Source: an uncultured Chloroflexia bacterium
GTDB lineage: Bacteria > Chloroflexota > Limnocylindria > Limnocylindrales > CSP1-4
DNA: 64,000 nt
Assembly (NCBI GenBank): GCA_963819655.1
Contig: CAWFXA010000003.1
Location: 672,001 to 736,000, forward strand
Reading direction: 5' to 3'
The notes beneath the pieces are model-generated. The model was not told where the DNA came from. It saw nothing but the letters and a program-made list of their open reading frames with translations, and ran no database searches. Positions 19,453 to 30,375 of the stretch are shown in pieces (positions within the stretch are counted from its first letter, which is position 1; each line of letters opens with the position of its first letter). Both the position numbers and the translations under genes were made by a program.

Positions 19453-20257
19453 ACAGCGTCATCACGGGTGCCGCGAAGAGGAACGAGTCGACACGATCGA
19501 GGATGCCCCCGTGCCCGGGGATGAGCGTGCCGGAGTCCTTGGCATTGGCGGCGCGCTTGAGCATCGATTCCGCGAGATCGCCCGCCTGGGCGGCGAGCGC
19601 CGTGAGGGGTCCCAGCACGATGGCGTGGAGCGGCGACTGGCCGAGTCCGGCGAGGAGTAGCGCGACGACGACTGTCGAGGCTGCCACGCCGCCGACCAGG
19701 CCCGCATAGGTCTTGGAGGGCGATATGTGGGTCAGGAACCGTTCCCGCCCGAAGCGCCGACCCGCGAGATAGGCGCCCGTGTCGTACGCCCAGACCGTCA
19801 GGATCAGGAGCACGATCCAGCCGCGTTCCTGCCCCAGCACCGCCAGCGGCGCGGTGTCGGGCGGGGTCGGGCCGGCGTGTCCAAGGCGCACGACGAAGCC
19901 GAGCAGGCTCACGTAGATCGCCCCGAAGATCGTCGCCATCCACGTCGCCAGCCCGTCCCGCGGGTCGGGCCGCGTGAAGGCCGCGACCGCGACGAGGACG
20001 ACGCCGATGGCGATGAGCAGCAATCCGCTGCCCTCCAGGAGGTCGGGCACGGCCGCGTCGAGGATGACCGTGAGTGCCAGCACCGACCCGAGGGCAGGCA
20101 GGGTCGGATGTCCCGCAGCACGGAGGAGAGCGAACGCCTCGCGCGCCGCCAGGACAGTAAGGACCGCGATCGCGATCGACAGGGCAGCGCCGCCGAGCGC
20201 GACGACGATGAGGAGGAGCGGGACGAGGACGGCGGCGCTGGTCGCGCGCTGGCGCAC
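19430..20257 (-). CDS. cdsA: Phosphatidate cytidylyltransferase
   Basis: Multiple hydrophobic helices; ISPSKT and [10 protein letters not shown]...[18 protein letters not shown]. Confidence 0.94.
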   Translation of the reverse strand: MRQRATSAAVLVPLLLIVVALGGAALSIAIAVLTVLAAREAFALLRAAGHPTLPALGSVLALTVILDAAVPDLLEGSGLLLIAIGVVLVAVAAFTRPDPRDGLATWMATIFGAIYVSLLGFVVRLGHAGPTPPDTAPLAVLGQERGWIVLLILTVWAYDTGAYLAGRRFGRERFLTHISPSKTYAGLVGGVAASTVVVALLLAGLGQSPLHAIVLGPLTALAAQAGDLAESMLKRAANAKDSGTLIPGHGGILDRVDSFLFAAPVMTLYVVAVIA

Positions 20258-20263
20258 CCTGCC

Positions 20264-21085
20264 CTACCGCCCGAAACGGCGTTGGCGGCGCGCGAACTCG
20301 AGCAGGGCCTCGTCGAATGCGGCCGGCCCGAAGTCCGGCCACAGCGCCTCGCAGAAATAGAGCTCCGCGTAGGCCGACTGCCAGATGAGGAAGTTCGACA
20401 GCCGCTGCTCGCCGCCGGTCCGGATGACGAGGTCGGGGTCCGGCAGACCGGCCGTGTAGAGCGCCGTACCGACGGTCGCCTCGTCGATCGCCTCGGGCGG
20501 CGTGCCGGCGGCGACGAGCCGGCGGACCGCGTCGACCAGCTCGGTCCGGCCCGCATAGTTGAACGCGATGTTGAGAGTCAGGCGATCGCCGTCCGCCGTG
20601 GCGTCCAGCGCCTCGCCGATCGAACGGCGGGTCTCGTCTGGGAGCTCGTCCAGTCGGCCGAGCAGGCGCACGCGAACGCCCTGACGGCGCAGCTCGTCTG
20701 TCTCGCTTCGCACGGCCGCTTCCAGGAGCCCGAACAGGCCCGTGACCTCGTCGTCGGAGCGCGCCCAGTTCTCGCGACTGAACGCATACAGCGTCATGAC
20801 CGGCACGCCGCGGCGGACCGCGTGGCGGAGGATCTCGCGGATCGACTCGACCCCGGCGGCATGCCCCTCGATCTCGGGCAGCTCGTGCTGGCGTGCCCAG
20901 CGCCGGTTGCCATCCATGATGATCGCGACGTGGCGGGGCAGGTCGTCGGGCGTCAGGAAGGGCTCGGCCGCCTCCACCGCGCCGAGATCCGGCGCCTCGG
21001 TCGTTGCCGGCACGGCCGGCTCGTCGGTCGCCTCGTGGGCGATCGGCGGCGCGTCGGTCGGTCGTGCCAGCGGTGCGCGGGCCAC
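20264..21085 (-). CDS. uppS: Polyprenyl diphosphate synthase UppS
   Basis: HVAIIMDGNRRWA, YAFSRENW and IRTGGEQRLSNFLIWQ. Confidence 0.96.
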   Translation of the reverse strand: MARAPLARPTDAPPIAHEATDEPAVPATTEAPDLGAVEAAEPFLTPDDLPRHVAIIMDGNRRWARQHELPEIEGHAAGVESIREILRHAVRRGVPVMTLYAFSRENWARSDDEVTGLFGLLEAAVRSETDELRRQGVRVRLLGRLDELPDETRRSIGEALDATADGDRLTLNIAFNYAGRTELVDAVRRLVAAGTPPEAIDEATVGTALYTAGLPDPDLVIRTGGEQRLSNFLIWQSAYAELYFCEALWPDFGPAAFDEALLEFARRQRRFGR

Positions 21086-21643
21086 CTAGACCTCGAGGAC
21101 CTCCTGCTCCTTGGACGACCCGCGCCGATCGACCTCGGCGATGTGCCTGTCGGTCGTCTTCTGCAGCGAGTCGACCTGGCGATGCGACTCGTCCGTACCG
21201 ACCCCGCCATCGCGCTCCTCGCGCTTCAGGTGATCGTTGGCGTCTCGCCGGATGTTGCGGATCTCCACACGCGCCTCCTCCATGCGCTTGTGGACGACCT
21301 TGACGAGCTCCTTGCGACGTTCCTCGGTCAATGGCGGGATGTTGAGGCGCACGACCGTGCCATCCACATTGGGCGTCAGGCCGATCTCGCTCTTCGTGAT
21401 GGCCTTCTCGATCGCGCCCAGCACGCTCCGATCCCACGGCTGGATGACGATCTGGTGCGGCTCCGGGACGCTGATCCCGGCGAGCTGGTTGAGCGGCGTC
21501 TGGGTCCCGTAGTAATCCACGAGGATGCGTTCGACCAGCGCCGTCGAAGCGCGGCCGGTGCGCACGGCCTGGAAGTCGCGCTCCATGGCATCCACGGCTC
21601 GGGCCATCTTGTGGTCGGCGTCGGAGAGGATCTCGTCGCTCAT
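21086..21643 (-). CDS. frr: Ribosome recycling factor
   Basis: VRTGRAS, YYG..TPLNQLA and [13 protein letters not shown]. Confidence 0.97.
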   Translation of the reverse strand: MSDEILSDADHKMARAVDAMERDFQAVRTGRASTALVERILVDYYGTQTPLNQLAGISVPEPHQIVIQPWDRSVLGAIEKAITKSEIGLTPNVDGTVVRLNIPPLTEERRKELVKVVHKRMEEARVEIRNIRRDANDHLKREERDGGVGTDESHRQVDSLQKTTDRHIAEVDRRGSSKEQEVLEV

Positions 21644-22404
21644 GCAGTCGGCCCTCCGCTCGAGATCAGCGTCCCGACCGGCTCGCCGGTCGCGACCTTC
21701 GTGATGTTGTCAGGTTGATTGAGGTCGAACACGATGATCGGGAGATCGTTCTCCATGCACAGACTCACGGCAGCCGCGTCCATGACCTTGAGCTGGTCGC
21801 GCAGGAGATCGGCATAGTCCAGTCGAGCGTAGCGCCGGGCTCCTTCGTTCGTCATCGGGTCGCGGTCGTACACGCCGTCGACCTTGGTCGCCTTGAGCAG
21901 GACCTCGGCGTTGATCTCAACCGCACGCAGGGCCGCAGCGGTATCGGTCGTGAAGTACGGATTGCCGGTGCCGGCCACGAAGATCGCCACGCGGCCCTTC
22001 TCGAGGTGGCGGATCGCGCGCCGCCGGATGTACGGCTCGGCGACCTCGTTCATCGCGATGGCGGTCATCACGCGGGTCGGCACGCCGGCCTTCTCGAGGG
22101 CGTCCTGGAGGGCCAGGCCGTTCATCACGGTCGCCAGCATGCCGATGTAGTCGCCGGTCGCCCGATCCATGCCGCGGGCGGCAGCCGCCATCCCGCGGAA
22201 GATGTTCCCGCCACCGACCACGATGCCGACCTGCACGCCCAGTGCATGGACGTGCTTGACCTGATCTGCGATGAACGCGCAGAACTCCGGGTCCACGCCG
22301 TATGGCCGGTCGCCCAGCAGGGCCTCGCCGGAGAGCTTGAGCAGGACGCGCCCGTAGGTGACGCCGCGTTCCTCGGCCACGGCTGTCGGGGCGGTGTCGC
22401 TCAC
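21640..22404 (-). CDS. pyrH: UMP kinase
   Basis: [19 protein letters not shown] and [14 protein letters not shown] overlap with tsf. Confidence 0.96.
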   Translation of the reverse strand: MSDTAPTAVAEERGVTYGRVLLKLSGEALLGDRPYGVDPEFCAFIADQVKHVHALGVQVGIVVGGGNIFRGMAAAARGMDRATGDYIGMLATVMNGLALQDALEKAGVPTRVMTAIAMNEVAEPYIRRRAIRHLEKGRVAIFVAGTGNPYFTTDTAAALRAVEINAEVLLKATKVDGVYDRDPMTNEGARRYARLDYADLLRDQLKVMDAAAVSLCMENDLPIIVFDLNQPDNITKVATGEPVGTLISSGGPTA

Positions 22405-23000
22405 AGCTCTTCCCCAAGCGCGTACCGCGTGAACCGGCGCACGCGGATGTTCTCGCCGATCGTCGCGATCTTCTCCACGATCAGCGCGCGGACCGTTCGT
22501 TCCTCGTCGCGGAACGGCTGATCGACCAGGCAGACCTGGGCGTACCACTTTTTGAGCTGCCCTTCGACGATCTGCGGACGGATGGCCTCGGGCTTGCTGT
22601 TGACGGACTCGTCGGCGGCCAGCTCTGACTTTTTCGCCTCGAGGTCCCCCGGCGGGATCGACTCCTGGTCGACATAGAGCGGCGCGAGTCCGGCGACCTG
22701 GACCGCCAGGTCCTTCACGAGCTTCTGGAACTCGTCCGTCCGAGCGACGAAGTCGGTCTCGCAGTTGACCTCGATGAGCACACCGACTCGACCGCCCGTG
22801 TGGATGTAGCTCGAGACGAGGCCCTCGCGGGCATCACGGCTCGACTTCTTGGCAGCCGCGGCCAGACCCCGCTCGCGCAGGATCACGACGGCCTTGTCGA
22901 GATCGCCGTCGGCCTCGGTGAGGGCCTTCTTGCAGTCCATGAAGCCGGCGCCGGTCCGATCGCGCAGTTCCTTGACCAGCTCCGCCGAGATGTCTGCCAT
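22401..23000 (-). CDS. tsf: Elongation factor Ts (short, ~200-aa type)
   Basis: [30 protein letters not shown] and GENIRVRRF. Confidence 0.97.
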   Translation of the reverse strand: MADISAELVKELRDRTGAGFMDCKKALTEADGDLDKAVVILRERGLAAAAKKSSRDAREGLVSSYIHTGGRVGVLIEVNCETDFVARTDEFQKLVKDLAVQVAGLAPLYVDQESIPPGDLEAKKSELAADESVNSKPEAIRPQIVEGQLKKWYAQVCLVDQPFRDEERTVRALIVEKIATIGENIRVRRFTRYALGEEL

Positions 23001-23101
23001 GGGTGGGTGTGCTCCTGTTCCTTGGTGTCATGCGGGCGCGCCGGGCGCCGCGGTGATCGATGCGTCGTGCGGGTGGCGCCGCGATCGTGCGGCGCCGGGT
23101 C

Positions 23102-24067
23102 TCAGACCGGGTTGTCGACCTCGGCCTTCTCGGCCGCTTCGCGGGCGAGCTCGGCGGCGATCTCCTCGGGGGTCGCCTCCGCGGCCTCGGCCACGGCCGC
23201 CTCGGCGCGCGCGACGCGGTCGCCGGGCAGCAGGTCGTCGTCGTCGGCATCGGGCTCGAATGTGAGCGCGGCACCGCCGGCGAGCGCGGCGACGAGTTCG
23301 TCGCTCGCGCCTGGGGCCTCGTCCTCGCCCTCAGCCGCGGCCGCCGGCTCGAACACCTCGGGCTCGCTCGCCGCGCGGTTCGAGCGCTCCTGGGCACCCT
23401 CGATCGCGGCCTCCGCCACGAGCGTGCAGAGCAGCCGGATCGCGCGGATGGCGTCGTCGTTCGCTGGGATGATGAAGTCGAGCTCGTCGGGGTCGACGTT
23501 GGTGTCGCCGGTCCCCACGACCGGGATCTCGAGCTTGTTGGCTTCGGTCACGGCGATGCGCTCGCGGTGGGGGTCGATGATGAAGATCGCGCCGGGCAGG
23601 CGCTTCATCTTGCGCATGCCGCCGACCGTGGCCTGGAGCTTGATCATCTCCTCGGTCAGCTTGGCGGCTTCCTTCTTCGTCATGCGCTCGAAGTCGCCGG
23701 CGCCCTGCCGTGCCTCGAGCTGCTCGAGCAGGCCGATGCGCTTCTTGATGGTCGTGAAGTTCGTCAGCATGCCACCGAGCCAGCGCTTGTTGACGAACGG
23801 CTGGTTGGCTCGCGTCGCTTCGGCGGAGATGGGCTCCTGGGCCTGCTTCTTCGTGCCGACGAACAGCACCTGCTCGCCGCGGGCAACGGTCTCGCGGACG
23901 GCCTCGAGGGCGACGTCGAGCCGCTGCACGGTCTGGGCGAGATCGATGATGTGGATCCCGTTGCGCTCCGCGAAGATGAACGGGCGCATCTTGGGGTTCC
24001 AGCGGCGCGTCTGGTGGCCGAAATGGACCCCGGCTTCGAGAAGTTGCCGCATGGAAACGGACGGCAT
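23102..24067 (-). CDS. rpsB: 30S ribosomal protein S2 with acidic tail
   Basis: [28 protein letters not shown] and [14 protein letters not shown] at 24067 after AGGAGG. Confidence 0.97.
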   Translation of the reverse strand: MPSVSMRQLLEAGVHFGHQTRRWNPKMRPFIFAERNGIHIIDLAQTVQRLDVALEAVRETVARGEQVLFVGTKKQAQEPISAEATRANQPFVNKRWLGGMLTNFTTIKKRIGLLEQLEARQGAGDFERMTKKEAAKLTEEMIKLQATVGGMRKMKRLPGAIFIIDPHRERIAVTEANKLEIPVVGTGDTNVDPDELDFIIPANDDAIRAIRLLCTLVAEAAIEGAQERSNRAASEPEVFEPAAAAEGEDEAPGASDELVAALAGGAALTFEPDADDDDLLPGDRVARAEAAVAEAAEATPEEIAAELAREAAEKAEVDNPV

Positions 24068-24086
24068 GATGAGGCGACCTCCTGTC

Positions 24087-24176
24087 GGTTGATTCCTCCG
24101 CGGACCCTCGCTGATCCCCGGGGACCGGTCGCTTGCGACGGCCGGCACCGCCCGGTGGGAACGGTCCGCGTGTGGG
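24087..24176 (-). promoter_or_regulatory. rpsB (S2) autoregulatory leader RNA
   Basis: Minus strand CCCACACGCGGACC...GGTGCC...GGTCCGCGGAGGAATCAACC matches the ACAC...GGAGG..AACC architecture I recall for rpsB leaders. Extended -10 TGcTACACT at 24252-24260. Confidence 0.75.
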
Positions 24177-24595
24177 CTCCGCTCGGTGCCGTGGGGACGG
24201 CGTCGGCGGGCGATGCGGTTGGTGGCCGGAATCCGGCCCGGACCGGCGCGGAGTGTAGCACAGGGGTCGTGTTCGACCTGCGGATGCCGAGGAGCGGCGT
24301 CGCCAGTTTCGTGCACCCCCGAGGGGCCCCTGGCGGCGCGGCGGGTCTCACGACCCGCGGCGGGCTCCAAACCACGAATGTCGCGTCTGAGGACGACCTA
24401 ATGTCCTGTCCAAGGGCCGGATCGGCCGCCTGGGCCGCGATGGAGGCCCGTTTTCCGCATCCGACCGTGCGCTGTGTCGGGCTCCATCCGCGTTCGGCAT
24501 GTTGGGTCAGACGGCGGACGCCTTAAGGTCGCCACGATCCGCGTCCTCCATGGTCGCCGGACCATTCGGAGTCCGGGCGGGGCTGTGCCCCTCGC

Positions 24596-25009
24596 TCAGA
24601 ACGCCGCGCGGTGGTGCCGAACGCGCGGCTCCCCTCCCCCGACACCGGGCTCGACCACGACCAGGTCGAAGCGGACCGGCAGCCGCGGCAGGTTAACGCC
24701 GTCGGGGAGCACGCCTCGATCGAGCAAGCCATACGTCGCCATCCGGACGTGCGTGCGCTTGCGGTGGTCGACGGTCTCCTCCGGCAGCCCGAAGCTCCGA
24801 GACGCCCGCCAGCGGACCTCGACGACCACGAGCGTGGCCGGCGGACCCGGGTCGACCGCCACGAGATCGAGCTCGTGACGGCCGACATGGACGTTCCGGG
24901 CCAGGACGGTCCAGCCAGACGCCAGAAGGCGGACCAGGACCAGCGATTCGGCGGTGTCACCTGCCTGCTGGGCGGCGGTCCGGAGTGGCGAGCCGGTCGA
25001 GCCTTCCAT
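24596..25009 (-). CDS. YraN (UPF0102) family predicted nuclease
   Basis: G..AE......L...GW.VLARN.....ELDLVA......LVVVEVR.R....G.PEETV; follows rnhB. Confidence 0.88.
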   Translation of the reverse strand: MEGSTGSPLRTAAQQAGDTAESLVLVRLLASGWTVLARNVHVGRHELDLVAVDPGPPATLVVVEVRWRASRSFGLPEETVDHRKRTHVRMATYGLLDRGVLPDGVNLPRLPVRFDLVVVEPGVGGGEPRVRHHRAAF

Positions 25010-25113
25010 GCGTCGGATGATGATGAGAACCGCTCACCGGTCGGACATCGCCCGCTTCACCCGCGCTTATCCGGCCCGTCCGGCTCGCGAGCAGTGCGCG
25101 CGGCACATCGTCG

Positions 25114-25887
25114 TCAGGCGGGAGACGACTCCAGCGCGACCAGGTCGCCCGCATCGAGCGCCGCATCGTCGACCATGACCGGCACGAGCTCCTGCTCCAG
25201 CAGCTCATGGATCGACTGCGACGCCGCCGGATCGCCGAGCAGATCGAAGTCGAGCTGGTCGCCGGCCAGCGTGCGCTGCAGCGCCAGGAACGACCGGCGG
25301 TGGAACGGCGTGAGGCCGAGCGCCCGGATGGCGTCCCGGTGGTGGCGTGTCGCATAGCCCTGGTTGTGCTCCCAGCCATAGCCCGGGTAGCGGGCCGCGA
25401 GTTTGATCATCATCCGGTCGCGCACGACCTTGGCCACGATCGACGCGCACGCGATCGAATAGACCTTCGCGTCGCCGTCGACGACGTTCGAGTACGGACC
25501 GACCTGCGCCTCGAATCCGACGATCCGGTTGCCGTCGACGATCACATGCTCATGGCCGCCGATTCGCCCGATCGCCCGGCGCATCGCCAGGTGCGTCGCA
25601 TGATAGATGTTCAGCTGGTCGATCTCGCGCACTGAGGCCGCCCCGACCCCGATCGCCACCGCGCGCTTGCGGATGATCGGCGCGAGACGTTCGCGCTGGG
25701 CCATCGACAGCGTCTTCGAGTCCCGCACGCCGGGGATCCGATGGCAGCCAGGCTTCATGATCACCGCGGCGGCGACGACCGCGCCACACGTCGGCGCGAC
25801 CCCGACCTCATCCACGCCGACGACGCGGGTCAGACCCTCATTCCAGAGACGGCGTTCGTGGCGGAGGGTCGGGACGATGACGGCCAT
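25114..25887 (-). CDS. rnhB: Ribonuclease HII (atypical: GRG motif replaced)
   Basis: GVDEVG, RDSKTLS, EIDQLNI, VIVDG, SIACASIVAKVVRD and GY.T..H; rplS-rnhB-yraN synteny. Confidence 0.88.
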   Translation of the reverse strand: MAVIVPTLRHERRLWNEGLTRVVGVDEVGVAPTCGAVVAAAVIMKPGCHRIPGVRDSKTLSMAQRERLAPIIRKRAVAIGVGAASVREIDQLNIYHATHLAMRRAIGRIGGHEHVIVDGNRIVGFEAQVGPYSNVVDGDAKVYSIACASIVAKVVRDRMMIKLAARYPGYGWEHNQGYATRHHRDAIRALGLTPFHRRSFLALQRTLAGDQLDFDLLGDPAASQSIHELLEQELVPVMVDDAALDAGDLVALESSPA

Positions 25888-25965
25888 TCGGGTGACAAGC
25901 GTACCCGAATCGAACGACCCCGCCGGTGGGACGGGGTCGGAGGAGTCGCCGAGGCGGTCGCCAGG

Positions 25966-26310
25966 CTAGCTGCGGCGCTCGCGGAGGGTCGCGGCCTTGC
26001 CGACGCGCTTGCGCAGGAAGTACAGCTGCGCGCGGCGGACCTCGCCGTGGCGGAGGACCTCGATCTTGTCGATGCGCGGGCTGTGGATCTTGAAGGTCCG
26101 CTCGACGCCGACCCCGGACGCGATGCGCCGAACCGTGATGGAGCGAGTGATGCCACCGCCGCGGAGACGCATCACGATGCCCTCGAAGACCTGGATGCGC
26201 TCGCGGTTGCCCTCGACGACCTTGGCGGAGACTTTCACGGTGTCACCCGTGGCGAGCTCCGGCAAGTCCGTGCGGAGCTGGTCCTGGACGATCTCGTCGA
26301 GCACGTTCAC
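25966..26310 (-). CDS. rplS: 50S ribosomal protein L19
   Basis: GDTVKV...[20 protein letters not shown] and [13 protein letters not shown] start. Confidence 0.97.
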   Translation of the reverse strand: MNVLDEIVQDQLRTDLPELATGDTVKVSAKVVEGNRERIQVFEGIVMRLRGGGITRSITVRRIASGVGVERTFKIHSPRIDKIEVLRHGEVRRAQLYFLRKRVGKAATLRERRS

Positions 26311-26391
26311 GCGGCGGTTCCTTGATCGTTGGCAGCCGAAACTGCGGGTCGGGCGATGGGAGGTGGCCGCGTGGTGGGCGACCGACGGCGG

Positions 26392-26400
26392 AGTATAGCA
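26392..26400 (-). promoter_or_regulatory. Extended -10 (TGcTATACT) upstream of rplS
   Basis: TGn-TANNNT match ~80 nt upstream of the start. Confidence 0.6.
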
Positions 26401-26447
26401 CGGGGTCCTGTTCCAGCCGGGCCGTCGCGGGGCCGGACGTCGCGGGC

Positions 26448-26556
26448 GTCGTATCGTCAGAGGTGACAAGCGACGGAGGGATCCGCTGCGCGATCGTCCC
26501 GGTGGAAGGACCCCCGGCCCTCGTCAGCCGCTCCTTATCACTCCTGACACAACGAC
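26448..26556. repeat. Imperfect inverted repeat with 23-bp arms
   Basis: Left arm GTCGTATCGTCAGAGGTGACAAG versus reverse complement of right arm GTCGTTGTGTCAGGAGTGATAAG; 17/23 identical, in register. Confidence 0.6.
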
Positions 26557-26573
26557 CAGGCAAGCATTCCTGA

Positions 26574-27251
26574 TCAGCGGTCCTCGCGCAACAGATCCGG
26601 CCGGCGCGCGCGGGTCCGCTCGAGCGCGCGCTCCTGGCGCCACGCAGCCACCGCGCCGTGGTCGCCCGACGTCAGGATCGGTGGCACGTCCATGCCGCGG
26701 AACGACGGTGGCCGTGTGTATTGCGGATATTCCAGGAGGCCTGCGCTGAACGACTCCTCGTCGGTCGACGCGTCGTCGATGGCGCCGGGAAGCAGCCGGA
26801 TCACGGCATCGATTACCACCAGTGCCGGCAGCTCACCGCCCGTCACCACGTAATCGCCGATCGACAGCTCGATGTCGACGAAGGCGCGGATCCGCTCGTC
26901 GACGCCTTCGTAGCGCGGGCAGACCAACACGATGTGATCGCGCTGGGCGAGGTCCATCGCACGGGCGTGGCCGAAGACCTCGCCACCCGGGTCGAGCAGG
27001 ACGACCAACGACTCTGGCCGTTGCACGGATTCGATCGCCGCCACGACGGGCTCGACACGCATCACCATCCCGGCACCACCACCGTACGGCGTGTCGTCGA
27101 CCGATCGGTGCCGCCCCAGGCCGAACTCGCGCAGGTCGTGGACACCGATCGTGGCGAGGCCGCGCTCCTGGATCCGACCCGGGATGCTCTCGGACAGCGG
27201 GCCGGAGACCATCGATGGGAAGAGCGTCAGGACGTCGATCTCGAGCGTCAC
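26574..27251 (-). CDS. trmD: tRNA (guanine-37-N1) methyltransferase
   Basis: [31 protein letters not shown] and EYPQYTRP. Confidence 0.96.
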   Translation of the reverse strand: MTLEIDVLTLFPSMVSGPLSESIPGRIQERGLATIGVHDLREFGLGRHRSVDDTPYGGGAGMVMRVEPVVAAIESVQRPESLVVLLDPGGEVFGHARAMDLAQRDHIVLVCPRYEGVDERIRAFVDIELSIGDYVVTGGELPALVVIDAVIRLLPGAIDDASTDEESFSAGLLEYPQYTRPPSFRGMDVPPILTSGDHGAVAAWRQERALERTRARRPDLLREDR

Positions 27252-27940
27252 AGGGAGTTTTCCGCTGGCGGGGGTGAGCCTCCCGGGGGACGGGTCGAGC
27301 CTTCCTCCGGCGCGCCCTCGGGCAGCGAGTCTTCAGGCGGTCGCGGCCGACGCGTCTTCCGGCGTGGTGCACGAGGCCGATCGGGATCGGTCCGTCGGAC
27401 CTTGGGCGGCTGGAGACCGAGCGCCTCGGCATCGACCACGATCTCGCCTCGCCGTGGAGCAAAGACCCTGATGAACGCACGGACCGCCGGCAGGTCGAAC
27501 GTCCCGAATGGCTCCCCGGTCACCACGTAGACCTCGTTCTCCCCGACACGGTAGATGTCCTGGACGACCCCGAGGTCGCGGCCGTCGACGTCACGGATGG
27601 TCACCCCCATCACCTCGTGCCAGTACACCTCGCCGCGGGCGAGGTCGGCTGAGGGACGCACAACGGTCTCCAGGTACGCACCCCGCAGGGCGTCGGCCGC
27701 ATCGCGGCTCGTGACCTCGCTGAATCGGATGCGCCAGCCGGGTCCGTCGGCGACCGCTTCGGCAGATGTGATCGTCAACGGCGCGTCGGATCCCTCTCGA
27801 TGGAGCACGACGCCTGGGCGGAAGCGTTCCTCCGGGCGGTCGGTGAGCACCTCGACACGGACCGCGCCGCGCAGGCCATGGACGCCGCGCACGAGGGCGA
27901 CGACGAGTCGCTGCGTGGCGTCGCCGAGACCGGCGGCCAC
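27248..27940 (-). CDS. rimM: Ribosome maturation factor RimM
   Basis: [16 protein letters not shown] and EVYWHEVMG; between khpA and trmD. Confidence 0.9.
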   Translation of the reverse strand: MAAGLGDATQRLVVALVRGVHGLRGAVRVEVLTDRPEERFRPGVVLHREGSDAPLTITSAEAVADGPGWRIRFSEVTSRDAADALRGAYLETVVRPSADLARGEVYWHEVMGVTIRDVDGRDLGVVQDIYRVGENEVYVVTGEPFGTFDLPAVRAFIRVFAPRRGEIVVDAEALGLQPPKVRRTDPDRPRAPRRKTRRPRPPEDSLPEGAPEEGSTRPPGGSPPPAENSL

Positions 27941-27954
27941 CGAAGCCGTCTCGC

Positions 27955-28188
27955 TCAGACGATCTCGAGCTGGACCGGCTCCCCGTCCCGGGCGGCGGTC
28001 ACCTTGAGCAGGGTGCGCAGGGCCTTGGCGACACTGCCGTTGCGGCCGATGACCTTGCCCATGTCGTCGTCGGCGACGTGGAGCTCGATGACGGTCGCAC
28101 CGTCTTCCTCGATCACCTCGACCTTCACTGCATCGGGATCATCGACCAGCGACTTCGCGACGTACTCGACCAGTTCCTTGGCTGCCAT
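27955..28188 (-). CDS. khpA: KH-domain RNA-binding protein KhpA
   Basis: ELVEYVAKSLVDDP...DDMGKVIGRNG; downstream of rpsP. Confidence 0.92.
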   Translation of the reverse strand: MAAKELVEYVAKSLVDDPDAVKVEVIEEDGATVIELHVADDDMGKVIGRNGSVAKALRTLLKVTAARDGEPVQLEIV

Positions 28189-28199
28189 CGTTCGCGCTC

Positions 28200-28454
28200 C
28201 TACTTGCCGCTGGGCAGGATGCCCGCCTGCTTGAACAACCGGGCGACGGTGTCGGACGGCTGAGCGCCCTTCGAGAGCCACGCCTTCGCCTTGTCGGCAT
28301 CGACGCTCAGCTCGATCGGCTCGGTTCGTGGGTTGTAGTGACCGATGGTCTCGATCGCGCGGCTGTCCCGCGCGCTGCGAGCGTCGGCGACGACCACTCT
28401 GTAGGTCGGCTGCTTGGTCGCGCCGACGCGCGTCAGCCGGATGCGGACTGCCAT
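28200..28454 (-). CDS. rpsP: 30S ribosomal protein S16
   Basis: [11 protein letters not shown]...YRVVVAD.R..RD...IE.IG.YNP...GAQPSDTV. Confidence 0.97.
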   Translation of the reverse strand: MAVRIRLTRVGATKQPTYRVVVADARSARDSRAIETIGHYNPRTEPIELSVDADKAKAWLSKGAQPSDTVARLFKQAGILPSGK

Positions 28455-28498
28455 CTGTGTCGTATCCCTCCTTGGGCTGGGGCGGGCTGGGGACCCGC

Positions 28499-30355
28499 CT
28501 ACTTGACCGTGATCAGCGTGTGCGTCTCCGCGAGCTCCCCACTGACCGCGCCCGTCGAGATGAGAGCGTCGAACGGCGTGAGGAACGGCTTGATGGACTG
28601 CTCGTACTCGGCGCGCTCCTGGGCCGTCGCACCGGACATCGCGCCCTCGGCGAGACCGCGGATCGCCGCGATATCGACGAAGGTGACTCCCGTGTTCTCC
28701 CCATCGACCCGCCCGAGCAAGTCCGTGTATCGGGCATCGTCGGCGAGCGAGGCGCCCGCTCCCGCGTCGAGGACGTGCTTGATGAAGTCGGCCGAGCTGC
28801 CGATCGCGATGACCTCGTCCGTCGCGACGTATGCGATCTGGGCACGCCCCTCCGGCAGGCTGGACGGATCGGTGGGCAGCGGTCCAACGCCACCCGCCAT
28901 GGCGGCCAGGTCGCGCAGGTCGCCAAGGTCGATGACCGTGATCGTCTCGCCCTGGTATTGCTCATCACGGATCGTGACGCCGGCCTGGGCGCCGCCGAGC
29001 TGCAGGAGGCTGCGGATGGTGGTCAGCAGCTGACGCCCACCGGACGCGTCGGCCGGGACGCTGACGAGGCCGCCCTCGACGGACTCGCCCGACGTGGCGA
29101 TCACGACACCGGTGTCCCCCATCCAACTGAGGAGTGCCTCGAGGCCACCGAGCATGCCGGCTGCCTGGTCGATCTGCGCGAAGGCGTCGGCGAGGGTCGG
29201 CTCAGTGCGATACAGCTCGATCCAGTCAAGGAGCGAGCGTCCGTAATCGTTTCCGGCGAGCAGGGCGACGGTCGATGGCGGCGCGAACGCGGCCACCCCG
29301 TTCGCCCGGTTCTCGTCGGGCCCCGGCATGCCCGCCTTGTGTTGCGTGACCGCGTCGATCCGCAGAGCGTCTGCCTCGACACGGATGCGCATCGCGGCCC
29401 AGTCCGGGATCAAGTTGGTGATCGCGCTGCTCAGCGGCGACGCCGACGACAGCGAACCCGTGATACGGGTCGACGCCTCGAACAGCGCATTGGTGTCAAG
29501 GAACATGAACCCGAGATCGTCGCCGGTCAGCGCGGCCTGAGCGGCTGCGACGCCAGGGGCCTTGGACAGCGCGCTGGAGCCCTTGGTATCGATAGCGGCC
29601 TTCACCGACGCGACGTCCCCGACGATGGCGACCTTGCCGCCGGCCAGCGCGAACGCGGCCTGCTCGGTCGGTGCGTCAGGGCTGGCGAACACGGTCAGCT
29701 CCGTGCCCTGATAGCTCTCGGACGTGCCGGTCACGCCGGCTTGGTTGAGTGTGTTCGTGAACCACGTTCGGGCGAGCGCCTCGTCCTTGACGGACACGAG
29801 CAGCACGCCGCGGGCAGTGGACGACATGGGCGCGTTGGGATCGACGTCCGGGATCGGACCGATCGCGAAGCCGAGCTGCCCGCCGAACCACGGCTTCACG
29901 TCGCGGGCAAAGGTCTGCTTGCCCTGGCTGCCCTCGGAGATCAATCGGTCGAGGACTTCGTCGATCTTCGTCTCGAGCGCCGCCTGATCGGCAAAGCCCG
30001 GGAACTTCGACAAGAACTGGCCGACCTTCTGGCGCTGATCGCCGGGCAGGTCGAGCCGCATCTCACCGTAGGCGACGCTGTCGGTCGGCACGTAGCCGAG
30101 GACGACGGACGACGGCGACGAGCTCGTCAGGACGATCGCCGCGAGGGCGGTCACCAGGATCACGAGGGCGATCGCACCGCCGGCCGCGATCCAGCGCGCC
30201 CGGCTCTGGGGTGGCCGGTCGCCAGCCCCGGCGGGCACCGTCGGCGTCGTCGCGACCGGCACCGCTGTCGTGTCGCTGTCGACGGCGCTCGGTGGCGGCA
30301 TCGGCGACGTCGGCGGCGTCCCCGTCGGAGTCGTCGGTCGTTCGGAATCGGTCAT
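28499..30355 (-). CDS. Membrane-anchored exported protein, DUF3352-like
   Basis: Pro/Thr-rich N-terminus, one TM helix ([21 protein letters not shown]), then [13 protein letters not shown] and a repeated beta-rich module. Confidence 0.7.
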   Translation of the reverse strand: MTDSERPTTPTGTPPTSPMPPPSAVDSDTTAVPVATTPTVPAGAGDRPPQSRARWIAAGGAIALVILVTALAAIVLTSSSPSSVVLGYVPTDSVAYGEMRLDLPGDQRQKVGQFLSKFPGFADQAALETKIDEVLDRLISEGSQGKQTFARDVKPWFGGQLGFAIGPIPDVDPNAPMSSTARGVLLVSVKDEALARTWFTNTLNQAGVTGTSESYQGTELTVFASPDAPTEQAAFALAGGKVAIVGDVASVKAAIDTKGSSALSKAPGVAAAQAALTGDDLGFMFLDTNALFEASTRITGSLSSASPLSSAITNLIPDWAAMRIRVEADALRIDAVTQHKAGMPGPDENRANGVAAFAPPSTVALLAGNDYGRSLLDWIELYRTEPTLADAFAQIDQAAGMLGGLEALLSWMGDTGVVIATSGESVEGGLVSVPADASGGRQLLTTIRSLLQLGGAQAGVTIRDEQYQGETITVIDLGDLRDLAAMAGGVGPLPTDPSSLPEGRAQIAYVATDEVIAIGSSADFIKHVLDAGAGASLADDARYTDLLGRVDGENTGVTFVDIAAIRGLAEGAMSGATAQERAEYEQSIKPFLTPFDALISTGAVSGELAETHTLITVK

Positions 30356-30375
30356 CGCGTGGTCTCCCCCGGCGC

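Noticed and set aside
22401-23000. Short EF-Ts (199 aa) and short IF-2 (635 aa) as truncations
   Set aside because: Both short forms are known natural variants and retain all key motifs.
25040-25080. REP-like word GCCGGATAAGCG between rnhB and yraN
   Set aside because: Single copy with poor complementary arm; probably chance.
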